A stretch of 64,000 nt of DNA, from assembly GCA_964595645.1 (NCBI GenBank), contig CAZQQT010000010.1:1-64000 (forward strand), written 5' to 3'. Each line of letters opens with the position of its first letter. The stretch's first letter is position 1. The translations under genes were made by a program, and so were the position numbers. The stretch is from an uncultured Thermococci archaeon. Its GTDB lineage: Archaea > Methanobacteriota_B > Thermococci > Methanofastidiosales > B48-G16. Under the pieces are notes generated by a model, which made no database searches, had not been told where the DNA came from, and was given only the letters and a program-made list of their open reading frames with translations. Below are positions 59,207 through 64,000 of the stretch, in pieces.

Positions 59207-60142
59207 ATGAGAAAAATCGCATGTTTAGTAATCTTATCGGCATTCATTTTGACAGCTGGATGTATCTCTAGCGATGAATCACCACAACCACAGGAAGAAA
59301 CGAAGGTAGTTGAGGCAGGAGATGTTGTAACAATCCATTTCATCGCTTGGGAAAAAGAGACGGGTGCAGTGTTTGAGACAAGTATTGCAGATGTCAATGC
59401 AACAAAAGAGATAGAGTTAGATGGAAGTCATGAACATAGCGCAATGAAAGTGACAGTGAAGGCGGCTAACCCCGCGCCCGGGACCGTGCAGACACTTCCA
59501 GGGCTTGAAGAAGCATTAATGGGCATGAAAGTAGGTGAGAAAAAAACAGTAGAGATCCCCCCTGCAAAAGCCTATGGCAAGGCTGATGAAGAGCAGATAA
59601 AGAAATTGAAAAAGGAACTAAAAATACCTCGAAAATATACAGAGAATATTGTTACAGAAATAGATTATAAGGTATTCCAGCAGATGGTGGAGAAAAAGGA
59701 TGTAAAAGCAGGAGAAACAGTCATGTTTGCAGACTGGTGGGAAGTGGAGATTCTTGATATTACACAGGATTCCGTAAAAATACAACACCATCCAACTGCA
59801 GACAAAGTGATCACAACGTCCTACGGCCCTTATAAGGTTACAGAGATCACGGAAGAGCAGATACATTTGGAGTTTGCGTTGGGCGAAGGGGAAAAATATC
59901 AATCTCCCAGATTTAAAGCTGTGGTAAAGGAAATCAAAGAAGACCATATTGTAGTAGAGCTGGATTATAAGTTAGGAGAAACTGTGCCCAATACACTCCC
60001 TGAGTGTTCTACATGTTTTACCTTTGGAAAAGTCACTGAAGTCACCGATGAATACATCACCGTGGATTTCAACATGCCGCTAAAAGGAAAAACAGTTGTG
60101 TTCAACGTAAAGGTTGTAGATATAGAGAAAGTTGGAGGATAA
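59207..60142 (+). CDS. Lipoprotein FKBP-type (SlyD-like) PPIase/chaperone with expanded insert-in-flap region
   Basis: Lipobox LTAGC; GD.V.IHF, VFETS, PGLEEALMGMKVGE, IPP..AYG, DFN.PL.GK.V.F.V. Confidence 0.88.
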   Translation: MRKIACLVILSAFILTAGCISSDESPQPQEETKVVEAGDVVTIHFIAWEKETGAVFETSIADVNATKEIELDGSHEHSAMKVTVKAANPAPGTVQTLPGLEEALMGMKVGEKKTVEIPPAKAYGKADEEQIKKLKKELKIPRKYTENIVTEIDYKVFQQMVEKKDVKAGETVMFADWWEVEILDITQDSVKIQHHPTADKVITTSYGPYKVTEITEEQIHLEFALGEGEKYQSPRFKAVVKEIKEDHIVVELDYKLGETVPNTLPECSTCFTFGKVTEVTDEYITVDFNMPLKGKTVVFNVKVVDIEKVGG

Positions 60143-60143
60143 C

Positions 60144-60425
60144 ATGGGAAGGCGAAGAAATCGAGGCAAACGACCGAAAAAAGAAAAAAAACTTGATATG
60201 AATAGAATAAAGGATTTTAAATGGGAATTAAATCAGTTACTCAAGGATCTCCCTGACTCTGTACGAGGAAGCATAAAAGGAAGTGTGTATGCAAAGGCAT
60301 CGAAACATGGGTTGGAAGAAACAAAAGAGTATATCATCGAGAAAGAAAAAGAAGGAGTAATTTCTGAGGAGCTGGGTAGAAAGATAGTACGACTCCTCTA
60401 CAAATACTACCGCTACAGAAGCTAG
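60144..60425 (+). CDS. Basic hypothetical protein
   Basis: GGAGG RBS before ATG 60144; follows the FKBP gene directly. Confidence 0.75.
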   Translation: MGRRRNRGKRPKKEKKLDMNRIKDFKWELNQLLKDLPDSVRGSIKGSVYAKASKHGLEETKEYIIEKEKEGVISEELGRKIVRLLYKYYRYRS

Positions 60426-61138
60426 GACAGCTCTACTGAGAGCGTTGCAACTCGTACGGTGAGATGGTACGTTTTTGTGCCTTCTCCCAAAAATTTTGTG
60501 TATACGGTGGATCCCTCTCGTTTGACCACGAAAAAATTGTTTTCCGTCTCCATCGAGTACGTTTCATTTCCTACAGTTAACGTGTACGGGGGATCTGTAT
60601 CATAGGAATGATCTTCTATCCCTTCATTTTTCATATATAGTTTCTTTTTTCCCGAGAGTACAATATTTTTCATGTCCACGAGATTGACTACAGTATACAC
60701 ATCATCATCCTGCGTTTCTACTGTTATTTCGAGGTACGACTCGCGGATCTCGAAAATATCGTTGGAGTATGACTTTAGAATATTTCCTTCCCTCGTCCTG
60801 TTTGCGTCGAGTACTTCGGTGTGTACCTCCAGCAACATCGAGAGAGTGGTGAGATCCCGGTCGAAGGAGGCGATAGAGACGTGATACGTTCGTGCAGCAA
60901 ACTCTCCTTTCTCAAAGTTTGTTTTCAGTACCCGTGAGGATCCTTCTCCTCCTCTACTCACTTCTTTTGTCAGTGAATCGATGGTGAGGAATAAATGTTC
61001 TGCAGCGTTGAGGTTGTGTGTATCCTGAAGCTCGTTCACCTCTTCTTGTCCCCACCGAAATGCCAGTGCAGCGGCGGTAATGACGATGGTGAAGAGAATT
61101 GCGTAGCCGAGAATCACTGAGATGCCTTTCTTATTCAT
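60422..61138 (-). CDS. Type IV pilin-like protein (class III signal peptide)
   Basis: MNKKG|ISVILGYAILFTIVI. Confidence 0.8.
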   Translation of the reverse strand: MNKKGISVILGYAILFTIVITAAALAFRWGQEEVNELQDTHNLNAAEHLFLTIDSLTKEVSRGGEGSSRVLKTNFEKGEFAARTYHVSIASFDRDLTTLSMLLEVHTEVLDANRTREGNILKSYSNDIFEIRESYLEITVETQDDDVYTVVNLVDMKNIVLSGKKKLYMKNEGIEDHSYDTDPPYTLTVGNETYSMETENNFFVVKREGSTVYTKFLGEGTKTYHLTVRVATLSVELS

Positions 61139-61142
61139 GGTA

Positions 61143-62756
61143 TCACGAGTGGGAGACCTCTGTTTCTATTGAATAGGTGGGTTCTGGATAGATGTACGGT
61201 CGGACGCGTACGTAGTCTATCTGCATTTTGCCGGCATCCCACCCACTGTCGTTTCCCCACATTCCAAACTGGATATATGCGTTCTCATACGCAGATGCAG
61301 AGCTTACGGTAAACTCATCGTCCATTGATGTGCTATCACTACTACCGGCAAAGTATCCGCCGTCCCATCTATCACCTACTATCTGATTATCCGATGAGTT
61401 CATCACTTCGATGTACATTCCGTCTCCTCCAGGGTCCAGTGAGTTATCGTACACACCTATCCAGTACTCAATCTTCGTATTTTGCGGTAATGTAAATCTT
61501 TGTGATTCATACTCCCCTGTGTAGTCTTCACCCGTACTCGTTGCGTCCTCACTCCCAAGAGCTAGAAAGTTAGTTCCATATGGGGTCGATGTTTCATCGG
61601 CATTTCCTGGATTAGTAACTACCTGGTGTCTTTCGGCATCTGAGTTTCCATCTCCATCGCCGCCGTAATATGCAGTGCATCCCCCAAACGTCCATTGTGA
61701 TGGCTCGTTACCCGGTGTATCATCTTCAAAACTATCAAAAAACACGAATGTCTCTTCAGGATTCGAGTTGGAACTCGCTCCAGTGTTCCCGTAGTACATA
61801 TACACTGTTGCCGTTGAATCCGCTGGAATTTCCAGAGTTTCTACCCACACTGTCGTCGAGTCCCCATCTATTTTTTCCTCGATCCAGTAGTCCAGCTCGT
61901 TCCCCTGAGGGTCAATAAACCGGAGGTCGCTGAAATCAGTATTCATATCCGTATCATAACTTATACTCATCTCAACAGGATAGCTCGTAAGGTCATTTCC
62001 CGAGTTTTCTGTGATTGTTATTTTCTTTCTTTTTGTCCAGTCTGGGTCCCACCAGTATACCACTGTCACCGAGGTCATTGCGGTATAGTTCCCAGTGAGT
62101 GTGGAAATCTTTGCTCTTCCCGTGCTCGTGCCAGACTCTAGGGTGGCTGTCGCTTCACCATCTACATCTGTTGCTTCTGTGTACGTAGAATCTCCAGATT
62201 CACTGAAGGTCCCAAGCGTTGTCTGGAAGGTAACATCTATCCCACTGCCGAGCCTGTTTCCGAAGTTATCAGTGACCACGGCAGTAATCGTCGTCGTGTC
62301 TCCGTGGTTAAAGATGCTGTCCTCGGCAGAATAGAGAAATACATTACCAATGGCATAGTCAAAGATTTCGGTGTAACCCGTCTCAGTAGTAACTTTGTAG
62401 GTGTTCCCTAGTGTTAATGGAAGGTTCCAGACTGCTACCACCTCACCTGGGGAGACTGCTGTTGCAGAGAAGGTGTACCCTGAGAGGAGCGTTCCCTCTT
62501 CGTAGATCTCTACGGCATCTGTATCGATAATGGTGAGTCCTGTATTCCTGATATACAGTGTTCCATTCGTGTCGTAGCTCTCAACGTCGATTTTTTCTTC
62601 CGTCTCTTTGATTTTTTTATCGATCAATCCAGAAGTTCTCTCCTGCGATTCCTGCTGTTCACCGAAGTACCAGACACGCAGAAGTGCTGCGGCTGTGAGT
62701 GTGATGGTAATGAGCAGTACAACTGCGATGACGGGGGAGATGGATTTATTGTTCAT
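61143..62756 (-). CDS. Large type IV pilin-like adhesin with Ig-like (Big-1) and DUF2341-like domains
   Basis: MNNKS|ISPVIAVVLLI; ITAVVTDNFGN...VTF.TTLG...TD.DGEATATL; WW..DW..RK.ITI...DFSDLRF...LDYWIE...VYMYYGN. Confidence 0.85.
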   Translation of the reverse strand: MNNKSISPVIAVVLLITITLTAAALLRVWYFGEQQESQERTSGLIDKKIKETEEKIDVESYDTNGTLYIRNTGLTIIDTDAVEIYEEGTLLSGYTFSATAVSPGEVVAVWNLPLTLGNTYKVTTETGYTEIFDYAIGNVFLYSAEDSIFNHGDTTTITAVVTDNFGNRLGSGIDVTFQTTLGTFSESGDSTYTEATDVDGEATATLESGTSTGRAKISTLTGNYTAMTSVTVVYWWDPDWTKRKKITITENSGNDLTSYPVEMSISYDTDMNTDFSDLRFIDPQGNELDYWIEEKIDGDSTTVWVETLEIPADSTATVYMYYGNTGASSNSNPEETFVFFDSFEDDTPGNEPSQWTFGGCTAYYGGDGDGNSDAERHQVVTNPGNADETSTPYGTNFLALGSEDATSTGEDYTGEYESQRFTLPQNTKIEYWIGVYDNSLDPGGDGMYIEVMNSSDNQIVGDRWDGGYFAGSSDSTSMDDEFTVSSASAYENAYIQFGMWGNDSGWDAGKMQIDYVRVRPYIYPEPTYSIETEVSHS

Positions 62757-62780
62757 AGTACCTTCTTTATTTTCTTGTTT

Positions 62781-64000
62781 TTATATTTTTTCCCTTCTCT
62801 CCAAAAAGAGCAGAAGATTTGATATAAATACAAGTGCGGGGATTATTTCTAACCTTCCCATCCACATCCCAAGTATCAACGTTAATTTCCCGATGAAGGG
62901 CAGTGAAGGTGTTGTGATACCGACGCTTAGTCCGACGTTCCCCTGTGCAGATGCCATCTCAAACAGACTGTTTACCGCACCGTGTCCCAATTCCATCAGC
63001 ACAAAGGATCCGATCAACAAGAAGATAATGTATACTATTGTGAATAAAAGAGCCTCTATAATGTCTTTATCTCGAAAAATCACTCCGCCCATTTTTATTG
63101 GTTTTATGACACTTCTCGGTAGCAGTGCCCGTTTTATATGTGTTTTGAGTACTTTAAGGACCAATGCGATTCTTACTAGTTTCACCGCACCGGCAGTGGA
63201 TCCCGCTCCTCCCCCCACAATCATGAGGATAATTAATCCCCCCTTCGCAATCTCTCCCCATTCAGTAAGGGATGCTGTGGAAAATCCACAGCAAGTGATA
63301 GCGGAGAACGCTTGGAAAAAGGCCTTTCTCATCCCTTCGATAATTCCATACATTGAAATAAGATCAAATCCAATAATGATAAGTAGAAAGAAACATATTC
63401 CAAAAAGGGCTTGAAACTGTACATCTCCAAAAAGTTCCTTAATCTGTCGTTTGAATATCGCTTTGTAATGTATCGCAAAGTTTATTGCTCCTAGAATTAT
63501 TAGAGAGACTGCAACGATTTCTACGGAAAAAGAATTATAGTGTCCTATACTTGTGTCGTAAAGTGACATTCCACCGGTACCCAGCCCTGTCATGCAGTGG
63601 TTAATAGAATCAAAAAGGGGCATACCTACCGTGAAAAAGAGGGCTATTCCTATTACTGTGTAGAGTGAGTACATTTTCCAGATGACTCTCACAGTCCCGG
63701 GTAGTGATGGTTTTATTTTTTCTCCTCGAGCTTCTGCAATATACAGTCGTGCCGCTGCAACACCGGGGCGTATAAGCACGATCATTGCTACCAGAATCAC
63801 ACCAATTCCACCTACCCACTGCTCAAAGGATCGCCAAAATAAGAGGATATGTGGGAGTGATTCTACAGAGTACTCTCCAACAAACATCGTCAATCCCGTT
63901 CCTGAGAATGCGGACATCGATTCAAAGTATGAGTTAGTAAAACTCAAGTTTGCAATCCCCATAAAGGGGATGGATCCTACCAGCGCTGCACTCAACCATG
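62781..64000 (-). CDS. trkH: TrkH family potassium uptake protein (5' end lies beyond the window)
   Basis: FESMSAFSGTG, QWVGGIG, GTGGMS, GSTAGAVK, SAQGNVGLS, MWMGRLE; frame stays open to the window end. Confidence 0.93.
   Translation of the reverse strand, partial: WLSAALVGSIPFMGIANLSFTNSYFESMSAFSGTGLTMFVGEYSVESLPHILLFWRSFEQWVGGIGVILVAMIVLIRPGVAAARLYIAEARGEKIKPSLPGTVRVIWKMYSLYTVIGIALFFTVGMPLFDSINHCMTGLGTGGMSLYDTSIGHYNSFSVEIVAVSLIILGAINFAIHYKAIFKRQIKELFGDVQFQALFGICFFLLIIIGFDLISMYGIIEGMRKAFFQAFSAITCCGFSTASLTEWGEIAKGGLIILMIVGGGAGSTAGAVKLVRIALVLKVLKTHIKRALLPRSVIKPIKMGGVIFRDKDIIEALLFTIVYIIFLLIGSFVLMELGHGAVNSLFEMASAQGNVGLSVGITTPSLPFIGKLTLILGMWMGRLEIIPALVFISNLLLFLERREKI

Overview
Archaeal chromosomal segment that is gene-dense and almost entirely housekeeping and metabolic. 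Archaeal origin is shown by BRE/TATA promoters, many leaderless genes, GAGGTGA ribosome-binding sites (RBS), a PIP-box PolB, GAN, ASH-Ski2, a PAC2 chaperone and class III pilins. The gene set fits an anaerobic peptide-fermenting euryarchaeote; a Theionarchaea/Methanofastidiosia-like lineage is a guess I cannot verify here. Contents: family B DNA polymerase, thiamine operon (thi4-thiC-thiDN), tandem VOR and POR four-subunit operons, sua5, GAN, trpY/trpB2, pyrE, pyrBI, purC, a metal homeostasis trio, scpAB, larA, several peptidases and transporters, acyl-CoA synthetase, tRNA-Thr(GGT), two type IV pilin-like genes and a partial trkH. I found no CRISPR array, integrase or transposase. Best leads: (1) an uncharacterised module at 40.6-46.0 kb of an APC permease, a metallophosphoesterase, a Pol-beta-type nucleotidyltransferase and a divergent 2-TM protein, with a canonical K-turn and uORF in its leader and a stand-alone CARF-like gene next door; (2) an apparently empty 520-bp gap (3562-4079) holding three promoters, a candidate hairpin sRNA and two tandem 23-aa micro-ORFs with perfect RBSs; (3) an aldo-keto reductase fused to an EF-P domain III-like tail; (4) an unannotated box C/D sRNA; (5) TrpY and DtxR operator arrays readable directly from the sequence. 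All protein assignments come from motif recognition by eye; no database search was run.
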